Shown piece by piece: positions 1-13,205 of a stretch of DNA of 64,000 bases. Position 1 is the first letter of the stretch, and each line of letters begins with the position of its first letter. The position numbers and the translations under genes were made by a program. Location: contig NC_057718.1 in the NCBI RefSeq assembly GCF_004010195.1, positions 28,456,377 to 28,520,376 of the forward strand. The letters run 5' to 3'. Below the pieces are notes generated by a model. That model worked only from the letters and a program-made list of their open reading frames with translations, was not told the DNA's origin and made no database searches. The stretch is from Chiloscyllium plagiosum (Eukaryota).

Positions 1-689
1 CAGTGTAAAGCTTTTCTCCATGTTAGCTGCCAAACTATCAGTTTCCAAGTATCTGCAAACTTACTAATCAAATCTCCCACATTCGTGTCTAGATCACGAA
101 TACATCAATGGCAAGGGACCAAGCACTGAACCCTGCCTCTGGACACGAACTCATGGTCACAAAAAGAACTTTCAACCATCATGCTGTTTCCTGTCAGAGC
201 CAATTTTAGATCCAAATTGCCAAACTGCCCTGCATCACATTGATTCTTACCACCTTGATCAGCATATCCATTTGGCCTCAATTGAGCAACTTTGTAATCA
301 CCCTTCATTGTGATATGGATCAAGCAGTCAAATTCTACAATGTCACGCCCTCTTTTACACCCCTTGCTGTTTCACTGAAGATTCTTCACCCTGGAATATT
401 GAACTGCCATTCCTGTCCCACCATGATAGTAGTGTCATAGCTTTTTTTGTTAATCAGCAGCCTTTACTCAACTGCCTTACTCACAAAGCTCCTAGCATTA
501 AAACAAAATCAGCTCTGCCATGTTCCCTTGTGTCTTAACTTGGCTTATACATTCTGCCTGTCAGACGGACATGGCTTGCCTTCTATATTTTTCTCACTCA
601 CTATTGCATCTGCAAGTGGTATCTCATCTCCTTGTCAAACTTGTTTAAATAACTTAGCTGCTCAAATGTTAAAAAGGATTGAATTTATT

Positions 690-1308
690 AAAACAGAGAA
701 GACACAGAAAGGATTTACAAGGATGTTACAGGACTGAAGGGTTTGGGTTATAAAAGAAAAGCTGGGTAGTCTCGGACTATCCAGGCAATGAGTTCCACAC
801 ACCCATCAGTCTCTAGGTAGAAATTCTTCCTTAAATCGCCAGTAAACATCCTGCTCATTACCTTAAATCTATAGCCCCTGGTTATTAAGGGGATAAGAAT
901 CTTATCTACCCTAATGGCCCACAATTTTAATGCTCCTTAGCATTCTCTGTTCAAAGGTTTAGGGGTAACCTTATAGAGGTCTATAAAATCATGAGGGGCA
1001 GATAAGGTCAATAGCAAACATCAGGGAATTCAAAACTAGAGGGCATAGGTTTAAGAAATATTGAGAAGGGACCAGAGAGATAACTTTCTCACACAGGTGG
1101 TCAGTATGTGGTACAAGCTGTTGGAGGAAGTGATAGATGCAGTTACAATATTTCGAAGACATTTGGATAGGTATATGAATAGGAAAGATTTAGAGGGAAA
1201 TGAGCCAAACACAGGCAAATAGAACCAATTTAGTATGGGAAACCTGGTCAACGTGGACCCAAGTGGGACAGAAAGGTCTGTTTCCATGCTATATGACTTT
1301 ATGACTCC
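690..1308 (+). mobile_element. CR1 LINE 3' fragment with an internal inverted piece
   Basis: cagaaaggatttacaaggatgtt...gacctt/ataaaatcatgagggg...ctgtttccatgctatatgact tail shared with other CR1 copies. Confidence 0.75.
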
Positions 1309-1594
1309 ATGACAGCACCAGCAAATCCCTTGCAAGGACATTAGTCCTGCTAGGGTTCAGGTGTAACCCATTCAACTTGTATACATCTCACTTTCCTCAA
1401 AGACACACTCAGTGATCCAGGAACCTAAAGCATTTCCTCCTGCAACAACTCTTCAGCCACACATTCATCTGCTATAACGGCCTATTCCTATGCTCAATAG
1501 CAAGCAGCACCAGGAGTAATCCAGAATTTACAAACTTTGAGGTTCTGTTTTTCAATCTGACACTAGCTCCTTAAATTATTTTTTCTTTTTAAGA

Positions 1595-1912
1595 AATTTC
1601 ATTCACAGGATGAGGGCATTGCTAGTTAGGCCAGCATTTATTGCCCATCTCTAACCACATTGCTATGGGCCTGGAGTCACAAAGGCCAAACCAGGTAAGG
1701 ATGGCAGTTTCCTTCCCAAAAGAACATTAGTGAGCCAGATGCATTTTGCTGACCATCAACAATAGTCATGGTCATCATTAGATTTTTAATTCTAGACTTT
1801 TTTATTGAATTCAAATTGCACCATCTGGTATGGTGGGATTCAAAACTGAGTCCCCAGAATATAACCTGGAACACTGGATTAACAGTGATAATACCACCAG
1901 GCCATCGCCTCC
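1595..1912 (-). mobile_element. tRNA-derived SINE (Deu-SINE/SacSINE1-like)
   Basis: Reverse complement carries gtgactccag...agcaatgtggtt...gatgggcaataaatgctggcc, as in the copies at 38.7 and 59.7 kb. Confidence 0.65.
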
Positions 1913-2542
1913 TCCTTATTCTCAATCCAGAGCCTCATCCCTCCTTCCACCTGTGTCGTTGGTCCCAATGTGAACCATTCTCGAGGATGGTGTGCAGCAA
2001 GAGATACCCATGACCTTGGCCCGAGGGAAGTGACAAAACCACTCTGGAGTCACATCTGTGGACTCAGAAAGGCCTGCCTGTATATCTCACAATTAAGTCT
2101 CCTACCAAATTTGCTCTTTCTTCCTTTCTGCTCTCTTTTTGTGCAATTGGGCTCTGGCTGCAATCCCCAGAGAAACCTTGTGACATAGGTCATCCTTTCC
2201 AAACTATTCTCAAGTGAGATGCATTCTGTGTCTTTCCAGACTACCTGCTAGCCTCCCTTCTTCTGACTGGTGACCACCAATTCTTCCTCTGACTGTACTT
2301 TGTTAAGCTGAGGGATGGCCACATCTCAAAATATGCCATCCACATTACAGTGACCCTCATGAGTGCACTACTGTGCTAATGGCTGACATTCAAGCTTCAA
2401 AACCTGGCACGTTGCTGGTCAAACGGCAGCATTTCCTACAGTTGTGGTCATCCAGACTGCCAGGAGGATCCAAGACTTATTGCATATTGCAGGCTGCACA
2501 ACACATGGGACTGAACTTCTCTGCCGTACATCAAGTTCTTAC

Positions 2543-2640
2543 CTGCTGAGATATTGATGATTTCTTTAACAATCACATTCTGAGCTTCTTCATACTCCTC
2601 TCTACTCTTCATATAATCCTCATTGTATGATGTCAATTTA
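2543..2640 (-). CDS. MSH2: MSH2 exon 11 (gene continues beyond the left edge)
   Basis: tag|[32 protein letters not shown](G)|gtaaga; 98 bp. Confidence 0.96.
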
Positions 2641-4399
2641 CTATAAGAAACAAAATGAATAAAAGAAACAGTTGAGTTTACATTCCGAAATTCAACACCA
2701 GAACACCCTCTTGTTTCCGTTTTAAACAGTACATTTTAAGGATATTTCATCTTTACATTTGGCAAGCAGAGCTCGAAGCTTGTTGCCATTTGTCATGCAT
2801 GCTACCATGATAATGTCATAAATGATAGTCATTTAAGAATGAACCAGTAATATTAAGCATGAAGGGATGCGATGTTCAGGATACAGCCCACCCGTATGTT
2901 ATGTCCAGTATAGTGAAGCAAACTTCTGTACAAGCTTGACTATGATTTAGATGAATTGTGAAAAAGGCTATTTCCTACACACTAGGAGCAGCCTCCAATT
3001 ACTCTTTTGATCTTGTGTTTGTTTGATGAGCTGATGCAGAAGCGATAGGCTGAATGGCATCCTTTTGCACTAAAACAATTATGTGATGCTCTGCATTCTT
3101 ATGTCAAAATTATGCTCTGGCTATGCATGAACAGAGGGTTTACTGAACACATCTTACTGCTGTGTTTGGTTTCTCAAACAATCTAATTAAATTGTACATT
3201 CTGTAGATGAAATATTGATTAATACTAGAGAACTATTTGTGAAGTTATGCTCCAATTCTAGGTTCCAAACCCTAACTGCAATATCAGACCTATAGCCCAC
3301 AGAATGAAAGTTGTTGATCAGCTCTCAAATTATAGAGTCAATGTTTGCAACATAGAAGGAGGTCATTCTGCTCATCATTTCTGTGCGGTCAAAGATTTGA
3401 ATATACTAATTCTATTTTCCAGCTGTTGGCCCACAGCCTATGAGGCTGTTTAAATGTTAAAAGCTTCTAAGTACCCTTTCAAGGCAATGAGTTCCAGACT
3501 CTGACCACCCTCCTGGTAACAGAATTTCCCAATTTTTCTCCTAACTTGTATTTTCAATCTATGTTCTCAGTTACTGAGTGAGAAAGTCCCTTCTTATTCA
3601 CCTTATCTCTGCCCCTTATAAAAGGGGCATTATAGAATTACTTGCTGGAAATCATAGGCATAGTTTATACCACTGAAGGAAAGAGGTAAAACTGAGTGGC
3701 ATTCATACCTTGCTTACTGAATTTTGCCAAGGATTATGCTGTGGATAGAAGCAAATGGATAGAACTACATAAATAAAAGAAAAATTTGGTGAAGCATATA
3801 TTGGTTAGAGGTAGGCAGAATTAGACCATGATATCATGATGATGGACAACCATACTAAAATATATAGTGAAATAGAGGAATGCAGGTTACAGAGAATCAC
3901 AGCTAAAAACATATTCCCACTAACAGTACAGCAGCAATCAGAAAAGGAGCCCTGCAGATTGAGTAATCTCAAGTCAGTTTGCCCAGACTCCACTCCTCCT
4001 CAATCTCACAGCAGTGAGGATAACTACAGAATGCAAACCACAACTCTAAGATCCACAAATTCAGATGGCAAAGCAAGGCTGGTTTGGCCAGCTCAGCTCA
4101 ACTCAGTGAAAAATGCATTGAGCAACACTTTAAATTCCATTTTATTCATGCAACAGGCCGACATTTTAAGGTTTGCTCTCATTGCAAAGTCCTTGCAATA
4201 CTGCAACTACAGTTGAAGCACAAAGAAGTTTCAAGTTTAAAAAATTCTTCAAAAGGAATTTCAACTTCCATGTACAATTCACCCGATTTAATTTCATAAA
4301 AAATAAAAAGTATTAAGAAATTAATATTTAAGATTATCTAATGAACTTATGCATAATGAATTCAGCATAAAGGAAAATGGCTGCAGTTGTTGGGAGGCG

Positions 4400-4858
4400 T
4401 AGGAAGATTTACAAAGATGTTGCCAGGACTGGAGAGTTTGAATTACAGGCAAGGCTGAAGAGGCTTTTTACCCCTGGAACATTGGAGTCTGAGGGGTGAC
4501 CTTATAGAGGTTTATAGAATCATGAGGGCCTGGATAGGGTGAGTAGTCAAGATCTTTTTGCTCAGGTAGAGGTAGTCCAAAACCAGAGGGCATAGGTTTA
4601 AGGTGAGAGGGGAAAAATTTAAAAAGGGCCTGAGGGATAACTTGTTCACACAGACAGTGGTGCATGTATGGAACAACCTGCCAGAGGAAATGGTGGGAGG
4701 TAGGTACAGTTACAACATTTAAAAGACATCTGAATGGGTATATGAATAGAATGGGTTTAGAGCAATATGGGCCAATTGCTGGCAAATTGGACTAGGTCAG
4801 ATTGGGATGTCTGTTCGGTATGGATGAGTTGTTTCTGAGCTGTATGATTCTATGACTC
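4400..4858 (+). mobile_element. CR1 (HER1-like) 3' end nested in an older LINE
   Basis: RT C-terminal (gaggggtgaccttatagaggttt) plus 3' UTR ending tatgattctatgactc. Confidence 0.8.
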
Positions 4859-5769
4859 TTTCAGCTCCAAGACATCGCTACATGAGTTCCTCAGGGTGGT
4901 ATCCTAAGCACAACGATCTTTAAGTGCTTCATCAATAACCTCACCATCATACGATCAGAAGTGGGAATGTTCACTGATGATTACAGATTGTTGAGCATCA
5001 TGCCTCCTCAGTTACTGATGCGGTCCAAGGAAAATGCAGCAAGACCTCACCAACATCCATTTTGGGCTGACAAGTGGCCAGTAGTATTCACACTACACAC
5101 AAGTGCCAGGCAATGACCATTACAAGAGAATCTAACCATTGCCCCCATGATATTCAATGACATCTCTATTGACAAAGCCCCCCCAATATCCTAGGATTAA
5201 CCACTCACCAAAAATCAAAGTGGACTAGTCATTTAAATACAATGGCCACAACAGCAGGTCAGAGGCTAGGAATACTGCAGCGAGTGGCTTACCTCCTGTT
5301 TGCCTTGATCATCCACAATGCACAAGTGAAGAATGTAATGCAATACTCCCAACTTGCCTGAAAGAGCACAGCTCCAAAAACACTTAGGAGGTATTACAAC
5401 ATTCAGCTGCTTGATTGGCATCATATCCACAACTAGTGACCTCCCTCCACCCAACACATAGGAGCAGTAGAGTGCACCATCTACAAGCTGCAGTATAACA
5501 ACTCCACTTACTAAGGATCTTCATATCACAGCACTTTTCAAACTCACCACCACTACCATCTAGAAGGACAAGGGCAACAGATACATGGGGCTACCAGCAC
5601 TTCAAAGATGCTGGTCCATCAGCAAAACTATATTCCCGATGTTTGATGTGGTACTACGCCGATCTCAATTCAATGTCAATAATCCTAAAACAAAAATGAA
5701 ATAGAATTTCTGGATTTACATCAAGTATAACTGACTTGAAAGACAATGGTTACATCCATTTCTTGGTGT

Positions 5770-8215
5770 TATGCATAGATCATCAGCTAGTGGGAAGGAT
5801 ACAGAGGAACAAATCTGCAAGGAAATGAGAGAGAGGTGCAAACATCATAGCACAATGATGACGAGGGATTTTAATTACCTGTATAATCAACTGGGAGAGT
5901 ATAGATGTAAGAGGCAAGGGACCAGTGTTCTTAAATTACGTTCAGGACAGTTTTCCATGTAGTATGTGCCTAGTACAACAAGAAAAGACCGGGTTCTTGG
6001 GAGTGAGTTGGGTTAAATAGATCAAGTGACAGTGAGCTAAACATTTAGGGGCCAGTGATCATTGGCTCACTAGGTTTGAAATGATGGTAGAAAATAACAT
6101 TGGTCAATCTAGGGTAGAATATTACACTGGGTGGAGGGTTGGTCACAATAAGGCAAGACTGGAACCAAACTATAGCTGAACAATGGGCTACTTTCAAAGA
6201 AGTGGTGATTTGAATGCAGTTAAGGAAAATACCCTCATTAATTAGGACAATACAACTCAGTTTCCCAGGTGATAATGAATATAGAAATTGAGTTAAAGAA
6301 GAAAGTGTGCTTACAACACAGATAGTAAATGCAGTTGAGGACTTTGCTGAATTCAGAAGGTTCGTAAGATGTGAAAAAGCAAATACAAGAAGGAAAGAGG
6401 GATTGCGAAGAAATACTGACAGTTAACATAAAAGGAAATTTTAAAGTCTTCTATAAATACATCAATAATGAAGAATTCCAAATGGCATAGCACAACCTAG
6501 GGACCAAAAACAAGATTTACACTTGGAAATAAGAGACTTCGTTGAGGCACTAAATTAAAACTTTGTATCTGTCTTTACATATCATGCTATGGTGACAGAA
6601 GAGCAAAGTCAGTCACAAGAAGGGTTTAAAACTGATAAGGTGGTGGTATTGGATAAGCCTTTGGTACTTAAAGCTGATAAAGAAACAGAACAAGTGAGAT
6701 GCATCCAAGGATAGTGAAGGAAGCGAGTGGAAATTGCAGAGACACTGGCAATTATCTTTCAATCTTCTCTATATTCAAGGGTGATGCCATATGATTGGAA
6801 GATCACAAACATACTTCTTTGTTGAGAAAAGGTTGGAAAAAAAAAATCAGCATAGCAATCATAAGCCAGTCAGTTTAACTTTCCTAGTGGGGAAATTTCT
6901 GGAAACAATTATTTAGAATAGAATTAATAGACACATGGAAAAATGCAGGTTGATTCAGAACAACCAGCATGGACTGGTAAAATCATGTCTGACTATATAA
7001 AATTATAAAAATCCAGCAAATCAGTAACAGAGTTGATGAGTTGAAGGTTATTGACATGAACTTAGTAAAAAATGGTATGTGATACAGTGCCAACAGATTT
7101 TAGAGAAAAGTATAGAGATTGACTAAAAGGGACAGTAGCACCATGGATACAAAATTGGCCGAAGGATAGGAAACAGAGTATTGGTTAATGGGTATATTTT
7201 TGGTTGGAATGTTTGTAGTAGTTTAGCTACATCACTAGTTGGAGTCTTTTCCTGATTATATATAAACGATCAGGATCCTGGGATGTAAAAGACAATTTAA
7301 AATTTTGCTGATGGCAGAAAACTTGGGAGAATTATAAATTAAGAGTAGCACAGTACAGAACTTCAAAAGACATTGACACATTGACAGAGTGGGCATGTAG
7401 GTGGCAAATGAAGTTCAATGGGGGGGTGGGGTGGTGGTGAGAAAGTGAGAGGTAATGCACCTTAGTATAAAGAACCTGAAGACACAGTATAAAATTATGG
7501 GTATTGCTTTAAAGGGCGGATAGGAGCGCAGGGACCAGGGTGTTAATTTAAAAAGTATTTTTTTTGCTTCATAAATCGGGCACAAGGAAAAGGAAGAAGG
7601 AGGTTATGATAAATTTATTTAGGACACTAGTTAAAACTCAGCTGAAGTATTGCACAGTTTTGGGTGCCACAATACAGAAAAGACACGAATGCATTGGAGT
7701 GACCGCAATAGAGGTTTAGCGAATGGTTCCTGGAGAATTCAGAAAGGAGAAATCTAAGACATGTGATAGAAGTTGTCAAAATCATGAGGGGTCTGGACAG
7801 GTCAGCTCTGAAGAAGAGTCATCTAGACTCGAAATGTTAGCTTGTTTTCACTCTCTGTCCAAGCATGACCCACAGTGATCGCCACCATTTTTTGTTCGCA
7901 GAGGTCTGGACAGAATGGAAATGGAGACACTATTCCTACTCAAACTGATCAAGAACAAGAGGACACTCAGTGCTAAAGAGTTCTGCAAATACGTAGTGAA
8001 AAAAAGCTTTTTTTATATACACAGCAGCAAGTTGCTTGGATCCAGATGGAGCCAGATTCAACTGAAGCATTCGAGAAGGCATTGGACTATTATTTAAATA
8101 GAAGTGCAGGTTTCAAGGGAAAAGGAAGGAGATTGGGACCAAATTAAAATGCTCAGGGTGCCAGTGCTGACATTATGGTCTAATGGCCTCTTTCTGCACT
8201 AACAATTCTGTGACC
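5770..8215 (+). mobile_element. Old degraded CR1 LINE ORF2
   Basis: Remnants of endonuclease and RT motifs (EQICKE..GDFNY, YKPVSLT, KSCLT, KFAD) with many stops and frameshifts. Confidence 0.75.
7801..7902 (+). mobile_element. 102-bp PLE-derived insert with hammerhead motif and 11-bp TSD
   Basis: Flanked by ggtctggacag (7790-7800 and 7903-7913). Contains agct-CTGAAGA-a-gagtc(atcta)gactc-GAAA-tgtt-agct. Confidence 0.7.
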
Positions 8216-8279
8216 CTGTGCACCATCCAAGCTACTGACTATGGCCACAGAAAGATGTTTTAAAAAAAAACATTTTAAC

Positions 8280-8430
8280 CTGTTAGTGAATCGGACTCCG
8301 TTCTTCTGGATATCTATGGTGTTAAATTTCTTATTGTTACGAAGAGCCTTTTCCTCCTTGCAAGTGACACGGAAATAATAACCCAACTGAGCATTCGACT
8401 CCAGTTTCACAGTCTTGCCAGCTTCAAGAC
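8280..8430 (-). CDS. MSH2: MSH2 exon 10
   Basis: cag|[49 protein letters not shown](S)|gttaaa; 151 bp. Confidence 0.97.
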
Positions 8431-8691
8431 CTGCATATAAATCAAGTAGACAATTTGGAAAAAAACTTTTCACAGATACTTAATTACAAAATATTCAATC
8501 TTTTTACCTTCCTACACCTATTTGCTCCCACAAACATTTTTCCTCAACAATGCACAGTTTTTAACTCTCACTCACATTACTAATAAATTTTCAAAATAAT
8601 TGCACATGGGAAGTGGATGCTGCTTGCAAGGCCAGCATTTACCACACACCCTTAACTTCCCAGTGGGCAATTAAGAATTAACCACATTACC

Positions 8692-9872
8692 ATCTAATCT
8701 CATCAAGCAGAGTCAGTCAGCATGGTATGAAACGGAAATCATGTCTGAATAATTTATTAGAAACTTTCAAGCAAGTGTCAAGAGTGGATAGAGGGGAACC
8801 AGATATGTTATCTTTAAGAGTTCCAGAAGGAGTTCAAGGAGGCACCTCACTAAGGGTCAAGCCATAAAATAAGAGCCCATGATTTTGGAAGTAATACACT
8901 GCTGTGGATAGAGAATTGGCTATTATGCAAGAAACTGAATGAGGGGCTCTTTTTCAGGTTAGCAACCTGAAACCGATAGGCATTCCAGAGGAATCAGCAC
9001 TCAGACCACAAGTGTTTACAAGATATGTTAATGACTTAGAGGAAGGAAGTGAATGTACTGTAGTCAAATTTGCAGACAAAAGTAAGTGGAAAGGCAAATT
9101 GCGGGGGAAATACAGTTTAGAGAGAGATGTTAAGTTAATGGAAAGACGGCAAATGGAATATAATGTGGGAAAATGTAAAATTGTTCATTTTGGAAGGGAG
9201 AACAAAAACAGCAGTATTATCTAAATGGAGAAAAATGGCAACAAAAGGACTTGGGATACTTGTGGATGGAACAGAGCTAAGTAGAACACAGATGCAACAG
9301 GTATTTCAGATGTGTTGGAGTATACGAGTAGGAGCTCTTAATTCAACTGTGCAAGATGAAGGCGAGACCATATCTGGAGTACTGAGAGCAATTTTGATTG
9401 TTTTAGTGAAGGGAAGATTTCATTTCACTGGGCACAGTTGAAACACTGTTCACTAGGATGATCCTTGGCATGGATGGATTGTTTTAAGAGCAAAGGTAAA
9501 AGAGATTGGGACCCTAGTCACTGAAGCTTAAAAGAACGCAATTTCTTTGAAACATAGAGGCTTGCCAAGGTAAATGCTGAGAGGATGCTTCACCTTATGG
9601 GAGAATTCATGACCAGAGGGTGTTGTCTCAGCATATAAGGGCACCAATTTAAGATGAGAAGAAATTTTTTTTATCAAACGGTTGAATGTCCTTCGATCTC
9701 CTTGCTCTGGAACCATATTTAAGCTTGGGTTTCTTGATCAGTCAGGGAATCAAGGGTTACAGGGAATATGCAGAAAGTAGACATGAGGAATGTCAAATCA
9801 GCCATGTTCGTGTTGAATGGTGGAACAGGCTTGAGGGGCTGAACAGCCTACTCCCATCCCTATTTCTTATTG
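8692..9872 (+). mobile_element. CR1 LINE fragment inserted into a Deu-like SINE (SINE halves ~8605-8690 and ~9873-10135, minus)
   Basis: ORF fragments YVNDLEEG..VKFAD..QMEYNVGKCKIVHFGR. The SINE sequence aaccacatt... resumes as ...tatgggtctggagtcacatg on the far side. Confidence 0.75.
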
Positions 9873-10174
9873 TCTATGGGTCTGGAGTCACATGCAGGGC
9901 AGCCCAAGTAAGGCTGACAGATTTCCTTCCCTAAAGGACATTAGTGAATCAGATGCTTTTTTCTGACAAACAACAGTGGTTTTACGGTCCTGTTTCTGGA
10001 TGCTTTTAATCCCAGATTTTTACTTTTATTCAAATTCCACCATCTGCCATGGCAGGATTCGAAATCTAGATCTCCGAAACCTAGATCTCCAAAACCTTAC
10101 ATGGGTCTCTGAATTAACAGTCTAGTAATAATCACCAGCTAACAGTACAAGTTTATCTCAAATCTATTTCATAC

Positions 10175-10298
10175 CTAGCTCCCTTGCAGCTTGGTTGAGT
10201 GTTGACTGCATATCTTTCTCCAAATTATCCATCTTCTCTCTGAGTTCAGTTAGATTTGGGTCAAACGATGGCTTCACTAGGAACTCATGGTTTTCCAC
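10175..10298 (-). CDS. MSH2: MSH2 exon 9
   Basis: cag|[41 protein letters not shown](G)|gtatga; 124 bp; read by eye. Confidence 0.97.
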
Positions 10299-11502
10299 CT
10301 GTCAAATCAAGTCATTGCTTTAAGGCTGAGATAGCTACATCAACTCTCTATTTTTTGCAAAAAGAAAATCACACAACTGATGGAAGTTCAAACATGGCCT
10401 TTCCTTTTTATTCTAAATGGACATGGAAAGGAAATCAAAAATTGAACAGAGAGGGACTGAAGTCATTATTTGTAAAGCAAGGAAAGGGATGTATACATTA
10501 CATAAAGCTTTCTATAACCTGAAAGCGCCCAGAGTGCTTAATCGTCAACAAAGTTCTTCTGTTGGGAATCAGAAACACATTGACAAATCATTTGACAGCG
10601 ATTTAGTTTTCTGTATTTTACTGAATCCATCATTAAACAGTCACTTCTCTGCCAGTAAAGGCAGCACCAACCATAAACGTCATAGTGTGATTTTACGAAA
10701 GGCGAATTTTAGACTCCTTGGCATGTATTTTTCTCCAGCAACATTTATTTTCTGAGCCATGCCCCCGTTGAAAGTCCTTTTGCATCTGAAAAGCAACTAC
10801 TCGGCTCTCAACATAACTGTGTCTTGGCCCATAAAAGACAGAGAAAGAATATTTCCCTTATACTACAGCATCACCATTGCAAATGCTGAAATCATCAACC
10901 CTGCTCAAAAAATGGATGCACATTCTAAAACAGAGCCCAATAGTCTACCTGGAGCAAGTACTTTCCTAACCAATTTGTTTTTCTCTGTTCAAAATGCTCT
11001 TTTGTTTTTAACACAACCTTGGGAATGACCCTCAGATGCTGGGTTAACTCAAAGTAATTCCTAGTCAAATACCAAGTTCAACTTGAGCCCCTTATGATAC
11101 ACTACATACAGCTTCTCTGCTGGTCCAGGTATACAGCCATCGACACTATAACCAAACAAATTAGATTACTATGAATATCCTAAAGTTGTGTTATTACCAG
11201 ATATAGTGAAAAACTAAAAATCAAGCTCTTCTCACTAATTGATTATTTCTAAGGAATATATATAGTCTCTCAAAATTTCATCCTTTAGGACTTCCAAGAA
11301 ATTAAATTGGGGGCCAAGTAGACTAATCTGCAAAATGAAATCGAATTACTTATTCATTTGTCAGCAGTAACTAGAACCGGAAATTATCAAGAGGTGATAA
11401 ATCTAAACTTCTCCCTTTCTTTAGCTCACAAAATCTCTCACTTGGTTGCCAAACCCAATTCAAATTTGAAAGAATCTCAAATGTCTCAATATAATCACTT
11501 AC

Positions 11503-11612
11503 TTGGTTCAGGTCTAATGTCGTCTCAATCAATTCCTGAAACTTGCCAAAATCAGAGATAAGGTCAGTCAATGGGGAGATAAACACATCTTTCAATAACA
11601 TCTTGTGTACAC
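11503..11612 (-). CDS. MSH2: MSH2 exon 8
   Basis: cag|[36 protein letters not shown]|gtaagt; 110 bp. Confidence 0.97.
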
Positions 11613-12121
11613 CTGTGAAAATAATTAGCGTTCATCACATTAGACAAGCTTAGTCTATCCCATTTGCAGGTCTGAGGGCAAGATTGTCTCTAAAATTTCC
11701 CTAGATGACCTTCCAACCACATCCCTGCTTGCACCAACATGCTTACAATGACAGGCGACTAATGAGTGTGCTGGGCGAGTTACAGCTCAGCCAACTGTCC
11801 TCACCACAAGTGAAGTGCTTTGGCTGCTTCTCATCCCATATCAATTTTGGAGCTGATGGGATAAGTTCAGGTATGACAAGTCGCCTTGCTCAGGCAACGA
11901 CTGGGAAGGTAGAAGAGCCTGCCGCAGAAGCTCCTAATACACATCCAGTTGTCCTCTAATGAGGCTTCGTTATCGACAGCATTTGAAATTAAAGATGCAA
12001 GTTTACACTTCATTTTGCTGCAAATCACAATAAAAATGTTTCATGGATGTCAAAAAAAAATAATCCAACACTTTTCAGAAAAATGTGTCAAATGTGAGGG
12101 AACTTTGATGTTATTTCTTAC

Positions 12122-12321
12122 CTTCATATCTATCCAACACCTGCACCATATTTGGGAGGTGAATGACAGCCTGATAAATCCGATAGCAGTCCTGTAGAGT
12201 TGCTGCCTGACGCTGGAACTTCTTCGCCAGACGGTTAAGGTCAGGAAAGCGCCGAAGCAAATCCTCCTGTAAGTTCTGCCGTAACTCAGTGTCATCCACA
12301 AAAGCTTCCACCAGGTTCAAT
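12122..12321 (-). CDS. MSH2: MSH2 exon 7
   Basis: aag|[66 protein letters not shown](G)|gtaaga; 200 bp. Confidence 0.97.
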
Positions 12322-13205
12322 CTTTACAAGGCAACAAGAATTCTTTAAACGTTTACTTTTAACAAAACTCTAAACTGCTGAACAACATTGTGGTCTCAAT
12401 TTAAAGCTCAAAACGGAGGGAAAAATAGGACACAAAGCTGTAGAATGGAGCACAAATGAGTCTCACCAAAGAGAGATGACAGGCAGAACCACCGTCTAAG
12501 TCTGTTCAATTCCTTATTTAAATTTCTTCTGTGCAGAAAATCACAAAGGCCAGATTTCAAATCTGGAAGGGCAGGCAGGATTGGGAAAAGAAAGATTTTT
12601 TTTTGGCTCATATCACACAGTTACCTTGCTTCAATTTACATAAAATTAATGTATTTGATTTATTTGGCCACAGCAAAAACAAAGCAACAGCCTGGTATCA
12701 TGGTGGTTTCAATTTGATTTCTAGCCTAGCAAATCAGAGGGGCCAAAATAGGAGGAAATCAGACAAAGAGGTAAAAATGATCCAAAACATAGTCCTTATT
12801 TATCTCTATCTTTGGAGTTTCCCGATCAGAACAGAAGAACCAATGCAAATATACATTATAATGAAGAGGACCACTTTGCATAACTATAAGTGACAACTAT
12901 AACTTAAATATTAGAAAAAAATTCTACTACTCCAGCAGGTTACATTCACTGATCAGAATTCTTCCGTTCTGCTGTCTTCAAATGTGCAGATACATCAGTC
13001 CTGAACAATACTCTGCCATCCTCTGGCCATGTTAGCATATTACAGGCACATTTTCCCTCTTCCCTCCCTTTTAAAAAGGTAATTATCTTTTAACTGTACC
13101 TTGTCCTTTACAACGATTACCCTACAATCTGAACACTGGCCTCATTTTCCTAATTTGAACATTCAGACAACTAATCAGAGAATGAAGATATGTACACAAT
13201 GCACT

